Positions 1-10,866 of a stretch of 64,000 bases of DNA are shown here, in pieces. Both the position numbers and the translations under genes were made by a program. A model generated the notes under the pieces. The model saw only the letters and a list, made by a program, of their open reading frames with translations, was not told where the DNA came from and ran no database searches. This stretch comes from Octopus sinensis (Eukaryota), in NCBI RefSeq assembly GCF_006345805.1, contig NC_043002.1, positions 10,974,001 to 11,038,000 on the forward strand, read 5' to 3'. Within the stretch, counting starts at the first letter, position 1; each line of letters opens with the position of its first letter.

Positions 1-288
1 GTTGAGGCACCAAATCAGTCTGGTATTATCCGCATAGCTCGAAGTGAGGTGAATAAAATCAAAATATGTAACAGGATATCAAGTATCTTTGCAATACGAC
101 CATTTCAAGCGGCTCCATTTAATTGAGCAATGTAAGCACTACATTAATTTAAATTCAGTGCCATCTTCAGTTGCAAGAAATATGGATTTTCAACAGACAA
201 GATATGTTAATATAATTTTTCTCAAATATTTTATCAGAAATAGAGGATGAAATAATTTCATGCTGCCACTATTGTAGTAAGAATAAGT

Positions 289-670
289 GGAGGTGCAATG
301 GCCCAGTGGTTAGGGCAGCGGACTCGCGGTCATAGGATCGCGGTTTCGATTCCCAGACCGGACGTTGTGAGTGTTTATTGAGCGAAAACACCTAAAGCTC
401 CACGAGGCTCCGGCAGGGGATGGTGGTGATCCCTGCTGTACTCTTTCACCACAACTTTCTCTCACTCTTACTTCCTGTTTCTGTTGTACCTGTATTTCAA
501 AGGGCCGGCCTGGTCACTCTCTGTGTCACGCTGAATATCCCCGAGAACTACGTTAAGGGTGCACGTGTCTGTGGAGTGCTCAGCCACTTACACGTTAATT
601 TCACGAGCAGGCTCTTCCGTTGATTCGGATCAACCGGAACCCTCATCGTCGTAACCGACGGAGTGCTTCC
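289..670 (+). mobile_element. tRNA-headed SINE family B, tail type 1 (full length)
   Basis: A-box TGGCCCAGTGG and B-box-like GTTTCGATTCC; 3' stem-loop cgtcg-taac-cgacg; 12-bp TSD agtaagaataag (276-287 / 671-682); near-identical copy at 63068-63450. Confidence 0.9.
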
Positions 671-1144
671 AGTAAGAATAAGCTAAGAGAACAACTGCAA
701 TTTTGGAGTGGCATGGAACACAGTGGTGATGGGTGGGCCATAGGACTGTAATTCATTTCTATTTTCTTATATCTTCCTTCTTCTCATCAACAAAAGCTCT
801 CTAAGGCTAGAATACTGCGTTTATTGAGAATAAAGAGCATTGTGAATTGACAGCTCGGAACTGGCTGCTGGTCATAAATATATATTACTAGATGTTTCCC
901 CTATTCCTTAATTTCTTGCTGTTCCTTAATTTATTTCTGTCATAAGTATCCCTCACCACAAAAAAAAAAGCTTTAGAAAGAGTCAATTAGATAGAAGTAA
1001 ATGTCCATAAAGAGGTAGAGTAGGAGTGACATTAACTCTTGGAAACTTAGGACGCTATGATGAGATCTAGGAAAACATTAAGGGCCCAGAAGGGAAAAAG
1101 CTTATAATCGAGGTGTAGTAAAAACAATTAGAAGTAGATAATTA

Positions 1145-1560
1145 GGCGCAGGAGTGGCTGTGTGGTAAGTAGCTTGTTTACCAACCACATGGTTCCGGGT
1201 TCAGTCTCACTGCGTGGCACCTTGGGCAAGTGTCTTCTACTATAGCCTCGGGCCAACCAAAGCCTTGTGAGTGGATTTGGTAGATGGAAACTGAAAGAAG
1301 CCCGTCGTATATATGTATATTTATATATATATATATTCGTGTGTGTGTTTGTGTGTCTGTGTTTGTCCCCCTAGCATTGCTTGACAACCGATGCTGGTGT
1401 GTTTATGTCCCCGTTACTTAGCGGTTCGGCAAAAGAGACCGATAGAATAAGTACTGGGCTTACAAAAAGAATAAGTCCCAGGGTCGAGTTGCTCAATTAA
1501 AGGCGGTGCTCCAGCATGGCCGCAGTCAAATGTCTGAAACAAGTAAAAAGAGTAAAAAGA
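1145..1560 (+). mobile_element. tRNA-headed SINE family C (CORE-like ccttgggcaag box, internal TA/TG microsatellite)
   Basis: Head ggcgcaggagtggctgtgtggt, B-box-like gggttcagtc, tail ccagcatggccgcagtcaaatg..tgaaacaagtaaaagag; several other copies in the window. Confidence 0.85.
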
Positions 1561-1617
1561 GAGAGAGTATCAGAACCAGGTTAGATAAGACAGATCAGTT
1601 TAAAAATTAAAAAGATG

Positions 1618-1656
<39 letters not shown>

Positions 1657-1916
1657 CAACCTAATGCTCCATCTTTACAGAACTATTAGGTGGTCACTAC
1701 AAAGACCACTCAAACAATGATCACAACTTACTTACGGAATTTAATTGGTAAACTATAATTATTATCTGTTGATTGAAAGTAAGGGACCAGAAGCAGGATG
1801 ATAAGATAAATGATTCAATAATATATAGACATAATTAAATATAAGTATACAAGATTTAGCAACTGTGAAAGGTGTGTACTGATAAAAGTAAATATAACAG
1901 CATATATGGCATATGT

Positions 1917-2222
1917 GGAGGCGCAATGGCCTAGTGGTTAGGGCAGCGGACTCGCGGTCGTAGGATCGCGGTTTCGATTCCCAGACCGGGCGTTGTGTGT
2001 GTTTATTGAGCGAAAACACCTAAAAGGCTCCACGAGGCTCCGGCAGGGGGTGGTGATCCCTGCTGTACTCTTTCACCACTCTTTCTCTCACTCTTTATTC
2101 TGTTGGCCTGCTCGCTTAGCCAGCGGGGTGGCGTCATTCGAAGGCTAAATCAATACGAACGCATTGTGACCAGCGATGTGTAGCAACATCTGATAATCTG
2201 GTCGGTCACGTGATCACGTGAT
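1917..2222 (+). mobile_element. SINE family B head with alternative tail type 2
   Basis: Same ~170-bp head as 289-670 but a different 3' half ending gtcacgtgatcacgtg. Confidence 0.8.
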
Positions 2223-2235
2223 ATGGCATATACAT

Positions 2236-2550
2236 GTCTGTCTGTTGCCCTTTTCAAGTCTAGCCAGGCTAATGGGCCCGGTTTCCCTGTTTCTGTGGCG
2301 TTTGTGCCACCCCCCCCCCCCTGCTGGACGAGACGCGAGTCCATCGCAGCGTTACCCAAGAAACAGGAAGAAAGAGAGAAAGTTGGGGCGAAAGAGTACA
2401 GCAGAGGTCGCCATCATCTCCTGCCGGAGCCTTGTGGAGCTTTAGGTGTTTTCGCTCAATAAACACACACAACGCCCGGTCTGGGAATCGAAATCGCGAT
2501 CCTCCGACCACGAGTTTGTTGCCCTAATCACTGGACTATTGCGCCTCCAC
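2236..2550 (-). mobile_element. SINE family B head with tail type 3
   Basis: Reverse-complement head at 2385-2548; tail with ctgcgatggact motif shared with 58642-58925; 13-bp TSD atggcatatacat (2223-2235 / 2551-2563). Confidence 0.85.
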
Positions 2551-2604
2551 ATGGCATATACATACATATACAAAGAAAAGGATTTATATATATATATTTT
2601 TTCT

Positions 2605-3477
2605 CTCTAGCTTCAGCTCAGAGCTGCGGCCATGCTGATTAACCGCCGTTTTGCTACACTGTTATTACTAAGAGCCTCCTCTAATATGTGGCACTTAGTA
2701 AAGAATGGGGTTTGATATAGCTACCCTCATTTGCACCTCTTGCCGTGAGGCCTCTCGACGGGAAGAGTTCCAGCTTTGATTAAAAAAAACCTACATCTAC
2801 TTTGTGCAAGTTCCTCAGACTCTTTGGGAGAATATTAAAAAGCTGTGGGCCTTTGAAACCCACGCTGTTGCAGTAACTGGTCCTGAAGCGTGATGGCATT
2901 GCTGGGATTTTTGGCACTATGCAGTGTCATCCCGTTCTGGCATTGGTGTAGCTTTCAATGCCAAAATTTGGCACAATTCCTTCCTGCATCTTCCAGATAT
3001 ATATTACTGCATACCTCTCCCGTCTTCTCTCCAGGGAGTAGAGTCTTAGCTGTTTCAACCTTTCCCAGTTGCAAAGAGACGATCTTCTTTGTGAATCTTC
3101 TCTGGATTGCTTCAGGTTCCGCTGTTAATTTCACACTGGTAGGTGACCATAGCTGGGAGCAGTAATCCAAGCGGCTAGGGACAAATGTCCGCCAGAGGAT
3201 CATCATGGTTTCTTTATCTCTTGTTCTGAATGTTCTTAGGATCCATCCAGCCAGTCGTCTGCACTTTGTCGCTATCCTGGTAATGTGCACTTGGAAAGAG
3301 ATATCATCACTTAAGTCGATACCCAGGTCCCTCACTGACTTAGGCTCTGGGATTGAAATTCCCTGTGGACCGGTGTACCCTGTAAGTTTCATATTCAGTT
3401 TTGGATGCTGGTAGCACAGGGCTTGGAATTTTTCAGCACTAAACTGCATATTATTATCCTCAGCCCATCTGAGGATA
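2605..3477 (-). mobile_element. CR1/L2-like LINE 3' fragment (RT C-terminus plus 3' tail), decayed
   Basis: Translation WAEDNNMQFSAEKFQ..VRDLGIDLSDDISFQVHI..GWILRTFRTRD..SRLDYCSQLWSP, then LFNILPKSLRN; 3' tail cagcatggccgcagctctgagctgaa. Confidence 0.85.
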
Positions 3478-3786
3478 TAACGTGTGAATTTATCTGATAA
3501 ATCAATACATACTGAAAACTGCTTAAGTAAGGATTTAAGCTTTAATTTCGACCACATTAGTAGAATGAATAAAACTGATAAACGGAAACCCTATCATGGC
3601 TACAGCTGGTTATATAATCGTACATATGTTTTGAAAATCACACCAATCATACATATTACAGAAAAGAACATTTCAAATAAGCTGGCGCTCGCGGCAACTC
3701 TTGTTTATAAAGTTACTTGCCAGATGCTTTTCTTTGGAGGTGAGTTTGTGAAATTTCCAATAATGGAAATCTAAGACAAACTGTTA
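3478..3786 (+). mobile_element. Unclassified ~310-bp non-autonomous DNA element
   Basis: Flanked by direct repeat tctgaggata (3468-3477 / 3787-3796); short taac..gtta ends; second copy inverted at 5563-5862. Confidence 0.7.
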
Positions 3787-3791
3787 TCTGA

Positions 3792-3792
<1 letters not shown>

Positions 3793-3863
<71 letters not shown>
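3793..3863. repeat. (TA)n microsatellite
   Basis: Pure TA run. Confidence 0.95.
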
Positions 3864-3867
<4 letters not shown>

Positions 3868-3924
3868 AGTGAATTGAAGAAATGGAGTTGAACGAAGATT
3901 GAACAGAAATCCTTTTATTGCATT

Positions 3925-4002
3925 CTACACGTGTTTCGAAAGCCACAATTTACCAAATTCCGATTGAATAAGGAGACCATATTGTGTCTTTCTCTTCAGG
4001 AA
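3925..4002 (-). ncRNA. Minimal type-I hammerhead ribozyme with extended stem II
   Basis: Minus strand: ttc-CUGAAGA-gaaag.acacaat..attgtgg.ctttc-GAAA-cacgug-UA-gaa; palindromic ACACGUGU in stem III; short 3-bp stem I. Confidence 0.6.
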
Positions 4003-4791
4003 GAAATAGGAAATCCGCTGGCGGAACAAAAACAGAACAGAAGCGCAGCAAAACAAATCGAACGAGGAGGCTCCTAAGAGCCCATGGCCAAACTGTTTAT
4101 CAATGTTGAAATCGGGTGGTGGGCGCGTTGAAGATATTTACAGGTCAGGCAGCGGTCAATCCGGTGGCTGAGAGCATGGGGTGCGTAGATGCTCTTTGTG
4201 ATCGAGACTAAAGTTATATATATATATATAAAGAATATGGTATAATTATATGGTGTAATTATAAGTAATTGAAAAATATCAATTTAAGAACTATATTGAG
4301 CCACAACTGACGATGCATACGTGCGGAGTGAAGATGTAACATACTCTGCGACTCATAGAATGTTATACCAGTATATGTAAAGGTAAATAGGAATGCAAAA
4401 TATTAAAAAAAATCAATACTATATAAAAATGTAACAATAGACGAAAAAAAATTAAACATAACGGATAAGAAATTAATAAGGAAAATATACAAAGATAAGA
4501 AATCAAAATGATAAGAATTAATAGAAAATTAATAAGAAATATATGTTAAGACAGGAGATTGAAATTAAAAGCAGAAAAAAATAAACTAAAAAGATAATAG
4601 GAGTGCAAATAATGAGGACACTTCAATCAGATTATGGCTTAGATATATTAAGATGCGGATATCATTGGATATGGCTTTATAAATTATAATATTATAGGTG
4701 CTAGTATATGTATGATTGTATAGTTTTTGTATGTTTATATATGTATGTATGCGTGTATAGTTCTTATATGTATATATTTGTGTGTATGTGT

Positions 4792-4828
<37 letters not shown>

Positions 4829-4854
4829 TGTGTGTGTGTCTATATTTGTACCCT

Positions 4855-5062
4855 CGCCATCGCTTGACAGCTGATGCTGGTGCGTTTATGTCCCCGTAAC
4901 CTAGCGGTTCGGCAAAAGAGACTGATAGAATACGTACAAGGCTTAGGCTTACAAAGAATAAGTCCCTGGGGTCGGTGGTTTTATTTTAGACTGACATTCT
5001 TTAGGGTGGTGCTCCAGCATAGACGCAGTCAAATGACTGAAACAAGTAAAAAGAATAAAGAA
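4855..5062 (+). mobile_element. SINE family C, 3' part
   Basis: catcgcttgacagctgatgctgg...gcagtcaaatgactgaaacaagtaaaaag. Confidence 0.8.
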
Positions 5063-5227
5063 AAAAAGAATACTTTTACTGGCCACCTCTTTGATGGGGA
5101 GGAGCAGAGCGTTTGTTGCCCGGGTAACAATATCGGACGGCATAACAAGCCATTTAGCTGAATCAATATGAAGGACGGATCCTGCCAAAGCGAACTAAAC
5201 GCTATACCAGGTATACACATACAAAAA

Positions 5228-5458
5228 GGCGGCGAGCTGGCAGAAACGTTAGCACGCCGGGCGAAATGCTTAGCGGTATTTCGTCTGCCGTTACGTTGTG
5301 AGTTCAAATTCCGCCGAGGTCGACTTTGCCCTTCATCCTTTAGGGGTCGATAAATTAAGTACCAGTTACGCACTGGGGTCGATGTAATCGACTTAATACC
5401 TATGTCTGTCCTTGTTTGTCCCCTCTGTGTTTAGCCCCTTGTGGGTAATAAAGAAATA
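5228..5458 (+). mobile_element. tRNA-headed SINE family A, tail 1 (monomer)
   Basis: ggcggcgagctggcagaaacgttagc..gagttcaaattcc..ccccttgtgggtaataaagaaata; TSD-like aggtatacacatacaaa on both sides. Confidence 0.9.
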
Positions 5459-5562
5459 GGTATACACATACAAATGTGCATGTGACCACACATCAGAAAG
5501 GTGTGCAAGTGGTATAATAAACGAACACTCTCGATAGATTTCGAGGAGATTATTTGTTAAAT

Positions 5563-5862
5563 TAACGGCTTGTCTTAGACTTCCATTATTGGAAATTTCA
5601 CAGACTCACCTCCAAAGAAAAACATTTGGCAAGTAACTTTATAAACAAGCGTTGCCGCGAGCGCCAGCTTATTTGAAATGTTTTTTTTATGTAGTATGTA
5701 GGATTGGTGTGATTTTCAAAACATATGTACGATTATATAACCAGCTGTAGCCATGATAGGGTTTCCTTTTATCAGTTTTATTCATTTTACTAATTTGGTC
5801 GAAATTAAAGCTCGAATCATTACTTAAGCAGTTTTCAGTATGTCAGATAAATTCACCTGTTT
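5563..5862 (-). mobile_element. Second copy of the ~310-bp unclassified element
   Basis: Reverse complement of 3478-3786 with moderate divergence. Confidence 0.75.
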
Positions 5863-6404
5863 CTTTTTTCTTTTCTGTAAATTCTTTTCAAAGTTTTTTT
5901 CTTTTTAAATCAAAACTAAAAATGTTTTTATCGTAGTGTTTTATATAACTTTATTCTTTCTTTATAACTTTTTTATCGTTTTTGGAATTGGAATACATAT
6001 TACCTCCTTTAAGACATATAACGATGGCGTGCCAAGTGAAAAATAAACAAAAACAAATGACAACCCGATATTTATAAAGATATCTCTGTATTCTTACACA
6101 GCATTCATCTATACACAAGTTCCCTTTATCCTTTATATAACCACATATCTTCACAATAATACTCTAAATTACGTATTCTATGTCTATAAAACAGTCGTTG
6201 GACGAAAAGTGTATGCACATTTTGCTTTGACGGTTAATGGCGGCCAAACGGAGGCTAGGATCGAGCTGAAAATTGGCAAGGATACTAAATGCGTGATGAG
6301 GATGAGACCCGTGATAGTTAAAATTCGCAAGCTATAAAGATGTGGTTGCTATGGCAAAAATAGTGATTTTTTTATCGATTCAAGGGGGCCCAGAGCCTTA
6401 ACTA

Positions 6405-7703
6405 TTCCTTAGTTATAAGAATGATGGTAAGGGCAGGTTAAAGAAATCAAGTTAATTGAAGAAAAGAAGGGGAAAAATTTAGGAGATGTAAAAGACAAAA
6501 CAGATTGACACTAGAATAAAGGGTCAAACTATTTATGTGGTGACAGAAGATTTAGGTCAGTGTGGAAGGAACACGAAATTCTTAAGAGACTGTGAAGCTG
6601 ACCAGACCTTACTTTCAAATGAAAGCCATCAGAATTTTTAGTAGTAATTTAGGGGAGGGAATATAAGGAAAGCTAAAAAAGAGGTTTAAGTTGGTAGCAG
6701 AGAAAAAACATTAAGGAAATCAAGGTTATCACTAGAATAGAAAGCTATTTATTTTTATTTCTATTTTTATATGGTGAGAAAAAATCTTGGTCAATGTTCA
6801 GAGGTCAATTAAATTCTTTAGCAAAGGGTAGGGGAACAGCACTTATTCTAATTTATAGTAGATATCGAAATTTATAACTTGGGGAATAGTTTTAAATGTT
6901 AAAATTAGAATAGAATTGGGAAAATATGCAATTTCATGATTAAAGTAAGTTTAATTTAGTTGACTATAAAAGTCAATTAGAGGTTGGTATAGTATATCTC
7001 TATTTATTATTATATTAAAAAGATACAGTTAGAAAAAGTAGGAAAACCTTAAAATTTCTATTTAAAATATTTGAAATTTCTAATTTTTGAATGAATGCAG
7101 GAGAGACCTAACTCTAGAAGATTATTTAGTAGATTTTTATTACTTCGATACTTTAAAATTTCGTAGGTTTCCATAGAACAGAGTTGGCAGCCTACTCTAT
7201 TATTTCAATAAGGTTTTGCCCTCCTAACTATTTCCCATTTTAGGTTGTATTCTATATTATTAGTTTTAAGTTCCCAAATTTTGCTAGATAGTGTAGTGCA
7301 ACCTGCCTTATGTTCCAAACGGAAAGAGGAGAGATGATTTCTAATCCTCTGTTTAAAAATAAATAGCCTTCTATTCTAGTGATAACCTTGATTTCCTTAA
7401 TGTTTTTTCTCTGCTACCAACTTAAACCTCTTTTTTAGCTTTCCTTATATTCCCTCCCCTAAATTACTACTAAAAATTCTGATGGCTTTCATTTGAAAGT
7501 AAGGTCTGGTCAGCTTCACAGTCTCTTAAGAATTTCGTGTTCCTTCCACACTGACCTAAATCTTCTGTCACCACATAAATAGTTTGACCCTTTATTCTAG
7601 TATCAATCTGTTTTGTCTTTTACATCTAAATTTTTCCCCTTCTTTTCTTCAATTAACTTGATTTCTTTAACCTGCCCTTACCATCATTCTTATAACTAAG
7701 GAA
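6405..7703. repeat. Long inverted repeat: ~350-bp arms (6405-6757 / 7354-7703), ~600-bp spacer
   Basis: Arms are reverse complements; I saw only a 3-bp indel and two substitutions. Confidence 0.92.
7058..7357 (-). pseudogene. Penelope-like retroelement GIY-YIG endonuclease C-terminal remnant
   Basis: FKQRIRNHLSSFRLEHKAGCTTLSSKIWELKTNNIEYNLKWEIVRRAKPY*NNRVGCQLCSMETYEILKYRSNKNLLNNLLELGLSCIH..* matches the PLE pattern FK.R..NH..SF..LS..IW.LK..W..C.LC..E..LLN..CxH; one internal stop. Confidence 0.85.
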
Positions 7704-8342
7704 ATTTTTCTTACAGCAGTTAGCTACGAACTTAATTTTGGTCTGTTTAGCATCCTAACATTGCTATCTCATGTTCCTGAAATTCATATCTACATCTTTA
7801 TCTGTATATTTACCTTCTCTAGGATGTTACTAATTGATTTGAGAATTTTATATTATTGGAAAACCTATATGAAATTAGCTGAAGATTACTTGACATATTA
7901 TATATGCTGTAATATTTACAGCTTTTAATAAAATGTTATAGTATGAAACAATTGTACTAAATTACCGGATCCATTCTTGTTGCTTATTTTTGCTATGTAT
8001 ATATATATATATATATATGCCAGCAGACGCCGACCAAAATTCATTACTGTTGCTCCCATTGGAACACAAGGTAAAATCTATAATGAACTCCTCGCCTTTT
8101 CAAGAACATGAATTTTTTGTATTTGACTCTATTGAATGTATGTCACAATTATGAACTGTTACATCATACTCTTTAAGCATATAGCATGGACTCTCTTTAT
8201 TATATAAAAAGAAATTTTGATAAGGTTCGTTATTTCAAGAACCGAAACATGTTAAATTAAAATTTATCTAATATAGCGGCATTTTCAAACTTCATTTTTT
8301 ACAAATATATACCCACTCGTATACGAGCTAATCTTATTATAA

Positions 8343-8422
<80 letters not shown>

Positions 8423-8559
8423 TAAGAGATTTGGTATGGTAAAGCACGTGTTTTGGGAGAAATAACCGGTTTCGTATTTTCTTTTCAAATTTCTCAAATT
8501 TCTTTACCGATATCAAGTCATGTCTTCGCTATATATATATACATATATATATTTCAAAA

Positions 8560-8755
8560 TGTGACCTCGTGTGTACCGTTGGCGATTTTTTTCCTCTGTC
8601 TTCCCTTCTCTGGATCTTTCCTTCTCCTATGTTTCCGACGAAGAGCTCCGCTCGAAACGTTAAACCCTCCTTCTTTCCTGAGCGTCCAATAATACTTTAT
8701 TTGTTCCACGTCCTCGCGTTGTTGTGTTTTTTGTGTTTTCTTGTTTGGATTAACT
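8560..8755 (+). mobile_element. Penelope pLTR-like / retrozyme-like repeat
   Basis: Contains the hammerhead at 8631-8665; its 3' part recurs inverted at ~51940-52017. Confidence 0.55.
8631..8665 (+). ncRNA. Minimal type-I hammerhead ribozyme (U4C core variant)
   Basis: gttt-CCGACGA-a-gagc(tcc)gctc-GAAA-CGUU-aaac: stem I gttt/aaac, stem II 4 bp, palindromic AACGUU. Confidence 0.65.
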
Positions 8756-8770
8756 ATATATATATATATA

Positions 8771-8825
<55 letters not shown>

Positions 8826-9181
8826 ATAGAAACAGGTTTCAGGGGGAAAAAGACTACACGTGGTGTAAATAGGGTAAAAATTAAAATAAACAAAGAAAAT
8901 GCACACTAGATATAAAAGTAATGGTTTTTTTGTAAGAACAAAGATATATACAGACAAATAAATGAATTTTGGTGGGATTAAGAAGTATAAAAATCATTAT
9001 CAAGTCAGTGAACAGGATGACGAAACCGGTATGACTTTCTATATCAACTCATAATAATGATTTTTATACTTCTTATTCCGCCTCAAATCATTTATTTGTA
9101 TTTGTATATCTTTGCTCTTATAAAAAAAGTCATCACTTTTATACCTAGTGTGATTTTCTTTGTTTCTTTTTACTCTTCCCC

Positions 9182-9230
<49 letters not shown>

Positions 9231-9708
9231 GTGTTATATACATACAGATAAATGTCTGTGTGTATATGTGTGTATATATATACATATATATGATGAAGGA
9301 TTCTCCCGTCGAAGTCACCGTATGGGAGTTCAACACATATTTTTTTATGTTTTTTCATGTATATTTATCTATTTATTCCCTCCACCTAACAATAACAAAC
9401 TGCCTACCTCTTCTTGACCACCAAAAAGCAATTGTCTTCTAATTTACCTAAAATCCCATCCCATATATCTGTTGAAATACTATTCTCAGGGTTTCTATTC
9501 ATTTATTCTATTTATTCATTTATTTATTTTCTCACTGATTCTTCTCATTTCAAAAAACACTCTGGCCTTTTGACCACTCCCCTAAGAACAATAGCTTGTG
9601 CCCTGTTTATCTCCTAAATACCAAACTACCCAAAAAACGTCCCCCCTGCCACCACCACTTCATTAAATCTGCCTAAATGCATAAATACCAGAACTTATTT
9701 TGACAGCC

Positions 9709-9759
9709 AGCTTCCTGAAGATTTCATCTGAATGAAACAGTTCTAGTCCTGTAGAAGCT
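9709..9759 (+). ncRNA. Type-I hammerhead ribozyme
   Basis: Stem I agcttc/gaagct (6 bp), core CUGAAGA..GAAA, stem III acag/ctgt, GUA cleavage triplet, short stem II. Confidence 0.75.
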
Positions 9760-9842
9760 CCTTCTATAAAATAAATTACTTTACTCTACTATGTATTGAG
9801 TACCTTATTTACTGTGGTTAACCCCGACTCAACCCGGGACCT

Positions 9843-9966
9843 ACATATATATATGTATATATATATATATATATATAATATATATATATATAATATATAT
9901 ATATAATATATATTATATATATATATATATATATAATATATATATATTATATATATATACATATAC

Positions 9967-10049
<83 letters not shown>

Positions 10050-10087
10050 ATACATACATATATATATATATATATAATATATATATA

Positions 10088-10150
<63 letters not shown>
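9843..10150. repeat. (TA)n-rich compound microsatellite
   Basis: Imperfect TA/TACA runs. Confidence 0.95.
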
Positions 10151-10153
<3 letters not shown>

Positions 10154-10155
10154 TG

Positions 10156-10270
10156 AGGGTACTACTATTCATAGATACCGCAAGCTAAGAGGGACCAATG
10201 CGGTCAAAACTACCGTTTTTGACCGCATTGGTCCCTCCTAGCGTGCGGTATCTATGAATAGTAGTACCCT
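10156..10270. repeat. Near-perfect hairpin (54-bp arms, 7-nt loop); collapsed MITE or foldback candidate
   Basis: 10156-10209 vs 10217-10270: 52 of 54 positions complementary; extends outward with tattatatt/aatataata. Confidence 0.9.
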
Positions 10271-10776
10271 AAATATAATATAAATAAATATTTTCAAAGT
10301 GGAAAGATTTACGGATTTTTTCTCTTACGAGGTTTTTCACGCTAACTACTGATAATTTCTTATAAAGATTTTATCTTCAATTGTAAATCTATATATTTAT
10401 AATAGGGCACAAGCAGTACCAGCATTAGTCTTAAAGGAACAAAAAATTATCCCCCAACTCGAGCTAATATGAACGAGCCTGGTAGGTGTATAAGCGAAGT
10501 GGCATCTCTTGTCAAGAGTACAGGCGACAGTCAGATTGCTGATGCTTGTTGTTATTTGATTGCTGTTCTTCTGTGCGTCTGTGTGTAAGAATCAGCTTTG
10601 TTTTTACTCTTAACTAAGAAACGGTGGAAGACATAGTGCTAGATATAAAAAAAATAAACCATTTGGAGCTTGAAACATTGCGGGAATACTCGAAATATTT
10701 TGAGTAGGCATGTGTCTACGAAATCTGTAATGAGGCCGAGTGACGCTGATGACCTGGAATCGCTTCAAATATGTAC

Positions 10777-10794
10777 ATGTGTGTGTGTGTGTGT

Positions 10795-10866
<72 letters not shown>
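10777..10866. repeat. (TG)n microsatellite
   Basis: Long TG run. Confidence 0.95.

Noticed and set aside
965-1140. Purine-rich, coding-like stretch
   Set aside because: No open frame or motif recognised; possibly an old TE remnant but unsupported.
4300-4355. Hammerhead-like CUGACGA with a 3-bp stem II
   Set aside because: GAAA is replaced by GGAG and stems I/III are unclear; at best a dead remnant.
6405-7703. Foldback/Mutator transposon with long TIRs
   Set aside because: No target-site duplication outside the arms, and the interior is a Penelope remnant; kept only as an inverted repeat.
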